A stretch of 58,742 nt of DNA, counting the filler, from Catajapyx aquilonaris (taxonomy: Eukaryota), in assembly GCA_000934665.2 (NCBI GenBank). It is 2 parts of 2 records of this genome, joined end to end, with 100 filler letters (N's around TTAATTAATTAA, not from the genome) between each part and the next. Parts side by side here need not be neighbours in the genome. Positions count along the whole stretch, not along the records: positions 1 to 29,380 come from JYFJ02004821.1; 1 more part is not named here. One strand, 5' to 3'. The first letter of the stretch is position 1, and every line of letters starts with the position of its first letter. The translations under genes and the position numbers were made by a program. The notes beneath the pieces are model-generated. The model made no database searches, was not told where the DNA came from, and was given only the letters and a program-made list of their open reading frames with translations. Positions 13,221 to 27,774 of the stretch are shown here, in pieces.

Positions 13221-16200
13221 TAGACATAATCTGATATATTTCCTAATTGAGCTGTTCATAAGCGGTAGGAATATACCAACAAATTGTTAGGCTTCAACTA
13301 TACGGCAGGCTATAGTTTAATTTGCATGCAGGGATACAAATTACGCCATGACGTCAATATCCTCACGTTTTGCAATCACTTCCGTTATATGAACGCTCCA
13401 GGAATATTAATACAGAAGCTGTAAATATCCCTATTGCTATTTACTAAACATCACACATGTAAAATAACATGCACGTGCTACACAAACAACGCCATGACCC
13501 CTCCTTGACAATTTGTCAGCCAATAAGGAAAGGCCATGATAAACTCAGATAGTGCACAAATTAAGGAATTATCAGCATGTTCTTAACGGTCGGTTCTTCT
13601 CCGTTCACCGTCCAAAAACTTGAGCAAAGTTCGGGCTCCCTGCTGCCCCAAGTTGACCTATGACCCTCCCCTCAGCGCATATGGTGCACCCACAAGGATG
13701 TGGGATTAGGGCGTGTGTTGAACCAAGATTAAACCAATAAGCAAAAATGGGAGCAGCGCCTCACCCACTATGCTCTCTGGGGTGGGTTTGACATTTCGGA
13801 AGAAGAAAAATGAAATGGTCGGGGAGGGATGACAGCCTCAGGGAAAACGAATGTCACCATTAGTCTCAAGAAGTGGCTTCGTTATCCCACTAATTGTTTA
13901 TTCCTCCATCATACACCGTTGCCACATTTGGAAGCAGGAATTTATTTTTTTGATCCCAATATTATAAATGGGGCGAAGTCCTATTGAATGGTGGACGAAG
14001 CCCCACTGCCGAGCGAAGCGTCCCCACCAATACTTCCATACAGAAAGTTGCGTAACACATTACATGCACCTCACATAAAAATAATAATTAGCGAGCCATG
14101 TTTCCGCTCTAGTAACCACTCAAAAAAGGACCGCGCACTTGAACCAAACGCACGTGACAAGTGAGCCTAAAGCTTTCTTCACGGCGGTGTTCCCTGTCAC
14201 AACAAGGTCGCAACTTCACCGGTTGGAAACACGTTTTGATTTCGTACGGTTCCAATTGTGGTCGAGTTTCCAAGGACACATTTTTTTTTCACAGAAGTGC
14301 AATTTTGACCGATTCTTTCAGTTGGAGGAACACACCTTGATGTAATTCTTGCACATACGACGTCAATCCGGTTTTTTTTTCTGGTACCTCTTCCTTCCTT
14401 ATATCCAAGGTGAGCCACTACTGTATTGTGTGCAAAGTCTACGCCCGATTGGCGCCCTGTCTGTTTCACATAGGGACCAGACTGGTTCGTTTTTTTATTG
14501 TTGTTGTCAGGCTCAATATCGCCAGTTGGCAAGTGGTGCTGTGTAATTGCTTCCTCGCAAACGCAGAAACATAGTCCTTCAAGGAGGGTAATGAAGTAAC
14601 ACCACATGCAATTTCACAGCCTGTTGGTCGATTCCAAGGACGGCTGATATAACGCAATGTATATAGCCCCTCTCCAGGGGCGGATACTAATTCGCTTGAG
14701 AAATGAGAAATTGACTTGTAGTCCAGCCAATTGTGCTGGGAACATGCATGTAAACACGTATGAGGCTGCGAGGAAAATATACATCTCCTTTAGTAAAAAG
14801 GCCCCCTTGGGCTCTTATGAAAGTGGTAACCAGTTGGGCCATATATCAATGGTATGGCTGAATAAAAAATATTTTCAGAAGAATATGTGACACAATTATC
14901 AATCCCAAATATTCGTGTAGGAATGCGTGGCCATGAAACCGCCTCGATCAAAAATGCCAGACGGTGATAAATTCAACCGGTCCTTTAAAAAAATGGGAGG
15001 TTGACATATTTGGATGGCAGGAAGCGCTAAAAATGTAGCGCCCACGTGAAGGAAGCTGTGACAAGCTCGTTCCTCAATGGTACCATGTGTGGCCCACCTC
15101 TTATCGACTGCTTAGAAAACCTCTTCCAGAGTGCCAAATGAAGAGCAAAACAGTGTTGGAAGGAATTCGGAGGAGGGTTTGGACCGTCTTATCTTCCCAG
15201 ACAGGGTGAAACTACCCCACTAAAAACGGGAGCCGACAAGCTGCTTGATGGATGCCATTCTGAGGGGGTGCCCATGGTTAAAGCCCTTTCCACCTTCTAA
15301 CCAACACGTTTCCTCCCAGAAAGAAGCAGCTCAACAAAACCACACTTGACAATAATTGTGGTGGCGCCACTTTCACTTCGTGTCTTATCATTTCCCCCCC
15401 CCCTTCTTCTCTCTGAAGATGGTACCAGTTTTATTGGCTTTTGTGCACTGGCCTCCACGTGCTGTTTCCGTTGTAAATTGCCCTTGTTAGGCCTGATTCT
15501 GAGGGTGACCTCCACCAGCATTTTTGGATGAGGGGAAGACCTGAGCCACTCCCAGAGGTCCATACATCAGGTCAGAAGTGGACAGGAATTTCGGGGCCAG
15601 CAAACATGTTATGATCGCTGTTAGGTTGGGAATAAGAGGCGTAAATCATACTTTTCGAGGAACACCCGCCACCGACATGCGTCATACGATGCCTAAGAAG
15701 TGGTCCAGGTCATCCCTTGGGCCTCCTGCAGATGTTTACCATCCTCAGAATATAAATCTCGGACCAGTTACAAATCATCTCATAACAAATTCATTGGTCC
15801 GCATTGGTTTCTCCTTAATAAAGGAGAGCCATGTGTCTTCCTTAGGGGACAAAGTGGGGGTATCCGATCGAGAACTGTAGACCTCCGATTAGAGTTAAAT
15901 AATTACTGGAAAGGTCGAGGTGATGGATCAGGATGCCAGGCAGATAAGAACACAGCAATGTATTTTGCGAGACACCCTGTGAACTTAAACAGATCATGTT
16001 TCATTTGATTCAGTGTAAAGTCTCACTTCCTCCGCCCACCAACCACGACTCGAGGCCACTCAACTAAACTGTACCGGCAACAAGTCAATTTGCCTGCACT
16101 TACATGCTTTTAGAAATATTTTAAAAAAATGAGGCCACGCGCAACATACGGGTTAATCCACCTAATTGCACAGCAGATAGCAAATGCGATAAACTACAAA

Positions 16201-19200
16201 AGGCTATTGTTGTGTGGGCGATACGCATTTCCTGGTGTAGCTGTGACAAGAGATGCACAAAAATTGCATGGTCCTTGGGACCTTTCTCTGACCCAACCAG
16301 TGTAGGTTTCTACCCACTGTCACATCCCACATGAATTCCGCTACTGGTACATTTCAACGAAACCCAACCTACAGTCGATCTTCGGTGTCGTGGTTCGGTG
16401 TCGGAGACTTGTTGTGTAATCTGCCACCTTGCCAAAACGGTTACATCGGAACATTTTGGCTGGCACAAAGCGGTGTTGGCAGGTGACCAGTGTGGAGATG
16501 GGAAGGGTCAAGTGCGTGCCCTTGTCCAAAATGGCAACATGGCTGCGTCAGCCTGCCTGTAAACAATGCGGCAAGGTCGGGCCAACTCGGCCAAACTTAG
16601 GACCTCTATACTGTCCGATTATTTTTTTTTCTTCTTCACCTTCAGCACATGAACTCCGGTGACTCACAAAGAGTCGCGCTTTTTTGTGGTCCCTTGCCCA
16701 TTTACATCCGCACCTCCTTTTTGCGATGCGTGACCTCGTCCTATGCAACGGCGGGGAACTACGCAAACAGTAAATATTTATGAAGCCAGAATCGAGCATT
16801 TGTACCACCTGTTATGCTAATAATTTCGCCATTTTAGTCCACTTCGTTCCAAGAACAGCGCCACGCTTACTCCTCAAGTGTACTAGGAAAACTATCACTA
16901 TTGACCTCCTGCACTTCCCTAATGTTCAAAACGTGGTTGGAATCCGACTCCGATAACGCCTCAAAATTCTCAGAGTTAATAGTGTCACTCAGCTTTTGTC
17001 TGTGGTCATTGATCTTCCAAGTTCAAAGGTTATCACCGGCAAACGGATTACAGAGTCTGAATTAGAGCACATTACGCAACGGTTGATCTGTGTCAGTTAC
17101 TCTGTAATATTTGCAAGAGTTGTCCGGATAATCGAGAATCCATCAGCCTTAGCTGGGTTGAGTCAGTCTTTCTTGGTAAAGCCGGCCACACTCTGATGAC
17201 CTAAAAGACACCTCTAAAAAATACCTTCCCGTTCTTTATATATGTAAAAAAATAAAAGTACTTGTAAGTTTCGAGGAACCCACCTGATATTATCATCATG
17301 CGGCAGGTTGGTCGGGGACCTCCACCCTTCTCCCAACCTCCCAATGATTTCCTACCTATAAGTCTCTCCGAGCCATGACCCTGCCCTGCCCTCCCTCATA
17401 CTGTGTGGGTTTGTTTCAACACGACAACTTCCCTGGGAAAGAAGAAAAGAAAGGGTGTACTCACACACCCACACCATATTTGTACCCAATATCAAAAAAC
17501 AATTAAGGACACAACATTACTTTGACTGTTGATAACAATACGGTTACTCCCTCTCAATTTTTAAGACTCACTGACACCCTAACCTCCTCTTCCCTGTTTT
17601 GAAAAAAAAAGTCGTAAAACATGCGTGGGTGGTTTTAATATCTAGGTAAAGGAAGTAAAATATTATTAGTTATGTACGTATAGGTCCTGCCAGTAATGCA
17701 AGTATGCTATAAAATGAACTATTAAAATATTTTTACAATGCAGATTGGTAATTCAAACTGAAACCATTATTAAAATGCTGCATTTGCATATTACTAATGA
17801 ATAATTTGAATAATATGCTTACTTGTTAGTCTATTAGCATTAAACAATTCAATAATTTATGATAGTAATTCTTAAGTAACGTAATTGTTACTCAATTAAC
17901 ATTAAATAATCTCATATTAGCTCTATCACATTGCTATAATATTGATATTAGCTATATCGTAAGTTGTAATATAATAATAGTTAAATTTATTATACGTCTA
18001 TTCGGGTCTATTATAGTATTATAGCTGTGTTATAATATTGGTTCAAGGATTGTTACTAATGGCGCCCAGCGTGTGGTGGCGAAGGGTGGGTTCACACTAT
18101 CCTCGATGTCTTACGTCGTTTGCTGTTGGGACGATCAGTATTGTAATAATTCAAATAAAATCATGGAAAAAATATCTTAATGATTAATGAAAACATTAAT
18201 GAACACACTGTGTTAATAATACATACTGTACATACATTTCTTCGCGGCATTAGTTCCCACAGAGGGGTATCAAGTGTTAATTAAATTAGTAATTACAATT
18301 ATAAAACTATTATTATAATTTATAAGTTATAATTACAAACACGAATAGATCGCACTGCATATTTCAGTTACGACTTTTTTTTGCTAAGCAGTACGCTGCA
18401 TGACACCCTCCAATTTTTTCTCTGTCAATTGAATCCCCAGCAGGCTTCTGTTCATCCCCATGTCATCCCAGCAGCAGCCAGGGTTCCGGAACGTTGCTAC
18501 TTCCTTCGAGGGCCCCCAAATAGTCACGCAGGAAAGGCCGAGTCATGTTCCTCGTTGCATATGCAGCAGCTCGACCCCGCCTAATCATGCTGACTTGAGA
18601 CCACAGGAATTCAAGAGACGGGAAGGTGGGATTGGTACCACCGGTATACACTCCATTGAATTTGTCTTCAGCCAGAAATGTACTTCCATGTTATTATCTA
18701 ATAGTGTACTGGCGGCACGTGTCCCTGACTCCTAATGCATTCCTAGCCGGCTATGAAAGTGTCGGCGTTTGCCTAATGTAAGAGGAACCGTCCTTGGTCG
18801 ACAGGGCTATTGCCACACCCAAAAGACCAGGGATGGAACAATCCTCTTTTGGACATGACGGCCATCAGGACTCTCTCTCTCGGCCGCCCCTGAGACCTTC
18901 TTTGCAGCGCCCTCAGATACACACAAAAAAATATATCTTAACCTTTTGTCTGCGAGACCATCCACTTGGATGGAACGGCTCAATCACTAACCCCCATCTA
19001 GGCATCATTTGGGATTCAAATGTCGCGTTTAGGAGTTGCCGGCGTGATTTGTGGCCATGCAGGTATCACAGGGGGCACGATCCATCTTCAAAATGCCGGG
19101 TGTGCGATACAATCAGAAAGTATGGTCAATATATGTTTCTTAAGTAAAAATGTAGCCCTCCCGCCCCCCAAAAAAACTGTCGCCGACTATTTGCGGTGGA

Positions 19201-22200
19201 CCAGACCGAAAATAAATGACTGTGGGAAAACCTGTGCACACATTTCTGGGTGTCTGTCCTTGGGACATGACCACACTGAAGAAAGCAACCTTCGAACCAC
19301 AAGAGGACCCGACTGATAAAGCACCACCAGTGACCCCCTGCTTGGTGCCCTATTCCTCTCCTTCTGAGCCTCCGTCAATCACACCCCACACCCATATCGG
19401 CCAACCGGTTGAGTGTGGTCAAGCATTTCCGCCGACTCACCCTGTGTCCAAAAAATCTCTGGAATCTATCAAAAAAAAAATCTAGAAAAACCACTTTTTG
19501 ATGCCAAGTCCGCTGGTCAAAAACTATATGTAATTAGTCCTGTTTTTCGCGGTCCAATTCCGACTCTAATTTGGTGTTTCGCTTGCTGGACATGCACGCA
19601 ACTAATTTTCAGACGTGTGATCAACCCAAGGCCATTGTAATGCCTGTGAACTGACGTCATACTGGTTACTTGTCATTTTTGTTACATCACTTCTTGTATT
19701 TTCGGTAGGGTTGATTTCGAGCCTATTGTTGAGGGTATGCCGCCCGCTGCCACTTGAAAGCTTAATCAACGTCAGTGTTTATCATGGAGTGATTTATCAA
19801 TCGCGGATCGTCTTTTTGATCGATATCTATCTTGAAGTGGGGAGGGTTACCCCCCTGTGGTTACGCGAAAGGGTTAATGCCTGGGACCATCCTCCAGATA
19901 ATGATCCTGACGCGAACAAATCGCCAAGGTAGGGCCCACCTGGTATATATGGAGCACGTGTGTGGGTGACGTTTATTTACCCTCTGGCGGCTCCGTTTGT
20001 TGTTGTTGCCTTTTTTGTATGAATCTGCGATTGTTCCCACACGTCAATGCCATGTCCGTTCTGGTGACATGTGTCCAGGTGATAAGTCAGGGGATCTATC
20101 GTCCTCCGGTTACAAACAGGGAATATTATTAGCTATTGTTTCAAACGTGTATCGGCACGTTTGGTATACCAGACAGACGATGTAGATCCGGCCTTCCTCC
20201 CACCCACCAGGGGCGCTGACTCCACCATTGCGCATGAGCAGAACGGGAGCCAATCGGAATCGTCGCGGTAACACTACACGGCGGGCCAACCATATAACAT
20301 CAGTAAAAATTTAATATTATAGATACTTGAATGTACCAAAATGTCAGAACATGCGGAAGTCCTTCGTGTGGTATATGGCATGTATAGTGATGTGAACTTG
20401 TACCATCGTTTCCCAGGGCATGCTCCAGGCTCCTAATCATCCCGGTTCACGTGTAGTCGTGAAGCCCAATTAATTAATCGGTACAAAAAGAAACTGCCAG
20501 CATGCATAACAATGTGTAAATTTCACCTGAGGGGAACACAGGAAGAGCACGCCGTCTCTTCGCATACATTTTCTTAATTGCTCTGCCACGATTTCCCACC
20601 CGATTCCAATCTCTGCTCAGGTAGCCAACAATCAGGCAACAATGCGAATCTCGTAATCTTTTTTAAATAATGAAATTTTTTGGGATGTGGACTCCAATTC
20701 TGGGAGGATAGTCCTGGGATACCCCCGCGGAGGCACGACCTTGGTACAGACGATGAAAAGATTTTCCCAACTCACGTGCGGCCTCAGGCGCCATGAAATT
20801 TTATGCATCCGGGTTGCCAAATTTGCAGTATGTGCGTCAGGACGGTGGGCGGAGTATGGAGACATCATACTGGAAAGTTGGCACCACCGGATTGTTTTTA
20901 CCTCCCAATATGATAACCAATAGTCATATTGTCAGGTATCAAAATTTTTCAAATAATGAAAAATTCGCACCCGAATAGCAAATATTGTGCTTAATTTTCG
21001 CACCTGTGTAATTAATTCAGCCGGTGAGATGTTCCTTTTCCGGCATAGATCAATGACTTTGAGTGACGTACGAATCCAAATATAACCTACTTATGCGATG
21101 CATCCCTCCGAAAAATTACGGCCTGTCAATATACAGATTTCAGAGGTTCAACGTACCACGAGTGGGCAGGAAGTCTTCCTGGATGATTTTTTTTTAAAAA
21201 ACAATGTTGTGCAAACTTTTTGGTCTTTCACCTCTCAAGGGCTTTCAATTACACCCCTAGTTGGCCCTCAACGAAAAAAAGGGCGTCCCCCTAACTTTTA
21301 ATTATTTTCTTTTCAGGTACTCGAGTGACCCACCTTGGGTCCACACCCTATTCAAACTTTCCCGCCTCGTTTGCAAGTATACATGAAGACCTTCTAAGTT
21401 GAGATTATTCTGCACAATTTTTTTACTATTTAATTTGGATTATTGCATTGTATTGTATAGCCTACAGTCAGGGCGGTGAATGTAGAGTCGATTGAACTGC
21501 CCAAAAATCACAGGATATTTGTGGTCGCAAAATATGTAATTTATTTACAACTGATAACAATCTGTATTTACGCGATTGATAGATTTCCCCGAATTGAACC
21601 CGAAATCCGCAAACCACGTGATTGGTGTTCCATGATCCGTCTTCCCCACGCACACTTTGTGCACACATGTTGTCATCCCGAGGAAAATGAGGGGTCGTAA
21701 AAAAATGGCAATGTTTGCCGGCTTCACAATTTCCTCCGTGAAATCCGTCGACGCAGTTGCCAACTTTGTCAATGAATGGTCTCCAATCCTATGTTTACAA
21801 CCAGCACGTGCTTTCTATAGTTTACTCCCCCTGGACTATGAATGAAGATCACTTACCCGAAACGAATTCCGTCTACAACCCAACACACTATCCTATATGG
21901 AGAGAAGTGTACACGACCGTGTGAAGCGAGGGCCAGCTGTGCACTGGAGCCCGGTCTGACTCCGGTTGCCGACGTGTGGCTTGCCCCCCACCCCCACCCG
22001 AGACCGTGTTGCCATGTTGGGCCCCCACGTGTGAGGTTGGGTGCGGTGTATGAATGGAACGCACTGTACGGGCACTGCACAAAAATTGGACAAAAATTAC
22101 GTAATAAACAAGTTTCCGCTCTAGCAATAGTCCGTTATAGACAGGGAAAATAAATTAATAAAAAAAATTAAAACACCTCATACACGTAGCTAGGATTGGC

Positions 22201-24718
22201 TGATTTTCATCATGTGACTTGTTTACTAAAATGAAGACGTGTGACCTACAACGTCCGTGATACTGCGGAAATGTTTTGTACTTTACACCTTAACCTTACC
22301 GGATTGCACAATGACAGCGATATGATTTCTACGTCTAGGGCTCATACCTGTATGACGCTGCAACCCGGTAGCTGGAATACGGTTCATGTACGTGTCGAAA
22401 GTGATAATTATGTGATTCTAATCTGCCTCATTTTCCACGGATCGACCTCCCCCTGGGAGACGGAATGCCGCCAGCTACTGTTGCCGGTATACCGCAATGT
22501 ACCGTAACAATACGGTATATACCTTCCAGAAATAGCAGGGCGGTGCACAAGAAGGAAACAAGTGTTTACCCCAGCAACCTATTTTTCTTACGAACAACTC
22601 ATGTGAAAATTCTAACTACACCATGCACATCATGACAACTATAGTAAGGTTGTGAATCCTCAAAACTTCTCTATTGTTCTCCCACCAAACAACATCGAGG
22701 TCCTCCACGTCTTTGTTACTTATGCAAGGATCCTTCCCCTACTCTCCCAAGTGATTTAAAGGCGATAATCCTATTAGTGGTGGGAAGTCCTCAAAAAAGA
22801 CGAGCCCCAACTTCTTTTCATAAATCCTCCCCCATCCTACTTCTTTTGTCATGAAGATGCCGACAAGAAGATCCACTTCTGTGGTAAAGGAACCATGAAA
22901 AAAAATAAGGGTCTCTCGCATCATTGGATGCTACAGGGTGACAAGGTGTTGGTTGGGCTGTAAAATGTCACGAAATTTTTCGCGGCTTAAATTTTTCGAG
23001 CGATTACCATGTGGCTCATTAATGCGGAAGAATAAGAAGAGGTGGAGGACTCAAAAAACCTGTTGTACTGATCAAAAAAAATGTGGACCTGCGGGATCAC
23101 AAGCTAAGAATACTCTGTCGTAAAGAATCAGTTAAAAGGATGCGCCACCAGAATTAATGTCGTCCTATAAAGGACATTCCGGGGGTTACATTTTTGTAGG
23201 ATTTTTCTAAGAGAGGTCAAGGCTTCTTTTATAATGTATTCATACAATGACTGGGACAATTGCCTACCTTACATGTAAAAATCTTGGGGGACTTCAAAAT
23301 CAGGAAATGGTGCGGGTCATCGTCCGGGATCATAACGGTTGTGGTGTGTGACAATGCGATGATTTTCATCACGTTTCTGACTGGGAAGCTGGAGCTCTGA
23401 TTGTTGATAACGCAACCTGATTCGCCAGCTTTGCATAGCCTACATGCAAAAAAATAAATAATAATAAATAATAATAAAACTTCCTGACGAACAAATTTTT
23501 ACGTGTGCAACAATTGGCAAAATTGAATGAGACCACTAGAGACAAACGACCATTGTTCAGTAGCTGGACAATAATGAATCTGTTTCCGGCCAGCCTTGAC
23601 TTGGAAGTGGGCAAGGAAGCCCATACAACACGCATTCCACAAGCAAGAGCCTATTAAACCTTCGCACCTGCCCACCGCCTTGACTTACGTCATCAAACAA
23701 AAGCCGCTTTCGAGCAAAGCCTACACTTTGAATCATGGGAAGAAAAAAATGCGTGTTGCTTTTTTCCTACAACCGGATTGGTCAGCTACGTTGCCATGTT
23801 AATTGGACACGATGCTAATTAGCACAGCAATAAATTCAATTCCACACATGTCACCAGATATTTCAACAATTTATACATATTACAATAATTCAAATTTTTT
23901 TTAAACTGCTATTTGCTATCAAATTTTTTTAAAAAAATGCGCCAAAAACCACACCGGATTGGAATTTCACCTTGAAACAAACGTCATATTCTGACTACCA
24001 CATTCCTTTTACCATACCTCCTTTTATGCACAGCAGATGTGGAGGCCCCCATCCAGAGGCTGGTGCCCCAGAAGAACGAAGGGGTCCTCTGGGATTTACG
24101 GTCCTTGAAGGGTCAGAGAGGAGGCACACAAATAGACCACACCAATTTTTCTCCTGGTCGACATGGCAACTATGTGGGGGGAGTCTGCTTGGATCTTCTT
24201 TCCATCTCTTCTTCTCCTTCACACGTTTTTGTTTCTAACCCCCACACACACATGGCCCAACGATTCGCATGCAAAGTAGTCCCAGTACCAGAGGTTAAAA
24301 ATGTTAGGAGGAGACGACCTGAAGAGAGAGAGAGAGATAATGGGTAGAGAGATGTGTTCACACGTTAGGGTGTATGCAAATTAGAACCCAATTGGTGGGG
24401 AAAAAAGAGAAAATGAGTACAGGGCATTGAGTCACTTCGGGTGTAATTTTGGTTTAGTTACAGCTAGTTGCAGCTGCATTGCACGCCATGTATGACTCAG
24501 CCCAATTTACGGTGGGGGGGCAATGATGATAAATGCAGCTTCAAGTATTCGGCATGCTACTAAAAAATTGGGGCCTGCAAGACCTCTTATGGGCCGTAAA
24601 ATTTTGACTGCTGTACGTTGAGGGTTGGGATTACTGTAGGTGGGACTGGTGCGGATTTTGCATTTGACGTTGACTGGTGGGAGGTACGCAACACGCATGG
24701 TAGGAGTATAAACAAAGT

Positions 24719-24724
24719 TTTATT
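24719..24724 (-). terminator. Candidate AATAAA polyadenylation signal of the pasi1-like gene
   Basis: TTTATT on the + strand, about 390 nt downstream of the stop codon at 25114. Confidence 0.45.
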
Positions 24725-25113
24725 TCATTGTAGAATGTGCAGCTTACTGCAATACGTACATACAAAAAACTGATACAAAATACTGTCCTCTATTTCAAGG
24801 CCTGAATATTAAGGCAGCTGCTGCCATTCATCTTGAGCTGCTCACATGGTACTGCGGATGGCTCATGCATTTGTATTGAAAGCTGCTGCCACGTTACCAA
24901 CCTTCAAAATTTCCTCACTTGCAGTCTTGCGTCATTTCTCTTTGTACCATCTAAATCTAATATTACAGACTTTATAAATTGGACGGAGCAAGTGTGCTTC
25001 TTGAATGGAATGATATTACTTTGTAAATGCAACTTGGACGTAAACTCTTCATGAAGAAAATGAGATTCGTAACTAGGCCCTCTTCATGAGCCCATTTCCT
25101 GTCACCCGTGACA

Positions 25114-25248
25114 TCATGGATAAACCATGATGATGTTGGGAGACTGCGAATACAGTAGGATTTGATAGGCAGAATACACGCAGAGGAAGCAGTACGTGTT
25201 GTATGCAAGCCATATCCAGGTGACCAAGGCTACGAACACTGACTGCAA
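25114..25248 (-). CDS. pasi1: Terminal coding exon of a pasiflora 1-like tetraspan septate-junction protein
   Basis: Acceptor aatttttcag then LQSVFVALVTWIWLAYNTYCFLCVYSAYQILLYSQSPNIIMVYP*. Matches my recollection of the Pasi1 C-terminus (WxWxAYNxYCxLCVYSxYQI...QSPNI...P*). Not in the ORF track. Upstream exons not found. Confidence 0.8.
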   Translation of the reverse strand: MQSVFVALVTWIWLAYNTYCFLCVYSAYQILLYSQSPNIIMVYP

Positions 25249-26965
25249 CTGAAAAATTGAGAATAAGAGAAACTTTACTGATGTGTCTTCTGCATCAATT
25301 CACGTCTGATGCTATGCACAGAGCTCTCAAGTCATGTCCACTCCTCGTTCATGATGACATTACCATGTCATTATCATGTTATCATCCTGTCATTTGTCTG
25401 TCACACGAAAAAAGTCATGGCAAGCCTCGTCCAAAACATGTTCCTTTGCAGTCATATTGTCAGGTTCGTGCAGTCATCATTTTTCTTACTAACAAGGACG
25501 CATGTGGTCATCCAGAGTGATAGAGGCAGGCTATTTATGGGAATTGTAATTTCCTTGTCAAGTGATAGCTGCCTGATGGCTCAGCTGCCAAATGAGGGTT
25601 TTTCCATTTCAACTGGAGGAAAAAACATCCAAACTTCTAAGGCTGTGTGTGTGAGTCAATTTCCATAGAATCCGTAGGGCACATAATTTACAGATCTACT
25701 CTAAATTGAGATTTTAGCTTGCACTCATATTCACCAAGCATAACATAAACCTATGATATAAAACAGGTTTCAACATACTCATATTGTTCTTATGTTATTG
25801 TATAGGCTTTGGTGGTATTGGTGCTCCAGAACCACATCACCATGTACCCTGATAAGCACAACCTGGCACTGGGACAGGGAGAAAATGCGTGGGCAAGAGT
25901 ATGGAAAATATCATGCAAAAGAAGGACAGGGCAGGAAGGAAGCATATCTGTGGCCTTCCTTAAAGGAAACCACCTGCGAATTATCCTGCAGGTGATTGAG
26001 GAAAATATGCAGAAAGTTCCTTTCTATGTGGTTGGCACCTGGGATCAAATCCTGCATATCTTCTCAATGATAAACTGACTTCTAACCACTAGAATGCCTC
26101 AGTACAATTCTGATGTCCTTGAGTATAGCAAGGAATGGTTCTCAACCCTCTTTACCAAAACATAACCCTATTACAGTATTTGAGGTTGGCTCTGCGGAGA
26201 ACACACTGACTTGTGAGTACTCAGAGATGCATGCTAAAAATGAAGCTAGCAAGGGAAACTGCAGACATCACACACTTTCAAGGATGGAAAAATTAACATG
26301 AACACCAAGGCCCAAGCCGACATGTTGCTACCATTACGTCACTCTTGGTTTTTAGAACCGGTGCTGTGAGACAGTCTGTGGTCAAAACATAGGCATATGT
26401 TTCGTCTTGCAAATTTTAATATCAGTTAATTTTGTAAACTCTCGTTTGTCCAGTCCATGAACTTATCGCTGCATTCAGATCCTTATGAAACATTTTAAAA
26501 ATCTCTGAGTACTTCTACCAGAAGTAATGGTGTGCCCTTACTAAAGCAAATCCAGAGCACTATGAATTTACCCATTTGGCTAATTTATTTGTACAGTCTT
26601 CAGTGCACAATTTTAAGCTGCAGTAATTGCTCATGGTCCTAAATGCAATAGTTGAGTAATTTTCAGGACAATTTTAACCAAGGCTTGCATCCCCGAAACA
26701 AAGTACCATAATATTAATGAAAGCAAGTTCTGGAATAAAGGCCCATACAAGGAATTCGGAAATGTAAATGACACTTGCTACCAATTCATGACACTTGCAC
26801 TGTGCAGATTCAGCACAATCCTTGGGGCTTACCATTTTATTCAGTGTTTCAGTCATCACATTTAACCAGAACAATGGAATCCTGCCGACAATGCACCCTG
26901 GATACAGCATGAACTTGTCTGTTTTTGATCCCAGCACAGGATTTTCAACAAATTTCTGTAGTATA

Positions 26966-27774
26966 CAGGGTGTATATGAAGTCGGTACCTATTTTTATTT
27001 CCGAATAACTTTCCAACAAGTACACCTACGGAAGTGAAACATGAGTCAAAAAGTGCGGGAATTCATGGGATTTGATCTGGGTGACACCTTTTTACTGTGG
27101 CACTACTAGCAGGTACTGTTAGCAGGTGCAGGTTGACAATTCATGCCTTGGTGGCGCTGCCAGTGGGGGCAGCTTTGAACAGAATGTCAGACCACGTGTC
27201 TGTGACATAAGGAGGGGGGAGGAGTGGTCGGGGGTTGGCTTTTGATATCACAGACAGGTGGTCCGACATTTTGTTCAAAGCTGCCTCCACTGGCAGCGCC
27301 ACCATGGCAAGAAGTGTCAACCTGCGCCTGCTAACAGTACCTGCTAGCAGTGTCACAGTAAAAAGGTGTCACCCAGATCAAATCCCATGAATTCCTGCAT
27401 ATTTTGACTCATGTTTCACTTATTTATTTATAATAATGGATACTCCGTGATAGGCCTCCTTGGGCCTCTTAGGGGTTCATCTTTTAAATACCGACTTTAA
27501 TCAGTGCCTGTGTTGTGATGGATTTTGATTGTGGGAGGAAACGGGAAAACCCCAAGAAAACCCACGCGAACACGGAGAGAACCCATCGAAACTCTATCCA
27601 CATAAGTATCCTCCGTTCCACCTGGGGATCAAACTCGGGACCTTAGAGGTGGAAGGCTGAGGCACTAACCACTCGACATCGTGTCACCCTGACTCATGTT
27701 TAACTTCCATAGGTGTACCTCGTTGGAAAGTTATTCAGAAATAAAAAATAGGTACCGTCTTCTGATACACCCTG
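26966..27774. mobile_element. Foldback MITE of Tc1/mariner type, interrupted by a SINE
   Basis: Near-perfect inverted arms of about 240 bp, termini CAGGGTGTAT...ATACACCCTG. TA on the left flank; the right TA is degenerate. Confidence 0.92.
27422..27689 (-). mobile_element. tRNA-derived SINE with V-domain-like core
   Basis: A/B-box head (GTCGAGTGGTTAG; GAGTTTGATCCC), core GTTCTCTCCGTGTTCGCGTGGGTTTTC...TTTCCTCCCACA, TAAA tail. 17-bp TSD TGACTCATGTTT(C/A)ACTT at 27405-27421 and 27690-27706. Confidence 0.9.

Noticed and set aside
19600..22520. Helitron-like or MITE remnants (ATATTATAGAT end near 20324; weak inverted ends 21463/21839)
   Set aside because: Too degenerate to define boundaries or family by eye.
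27141..27356. 71-aa ORF with internal symmetry
   Set aside because: Artefact of the MITE palindrome.
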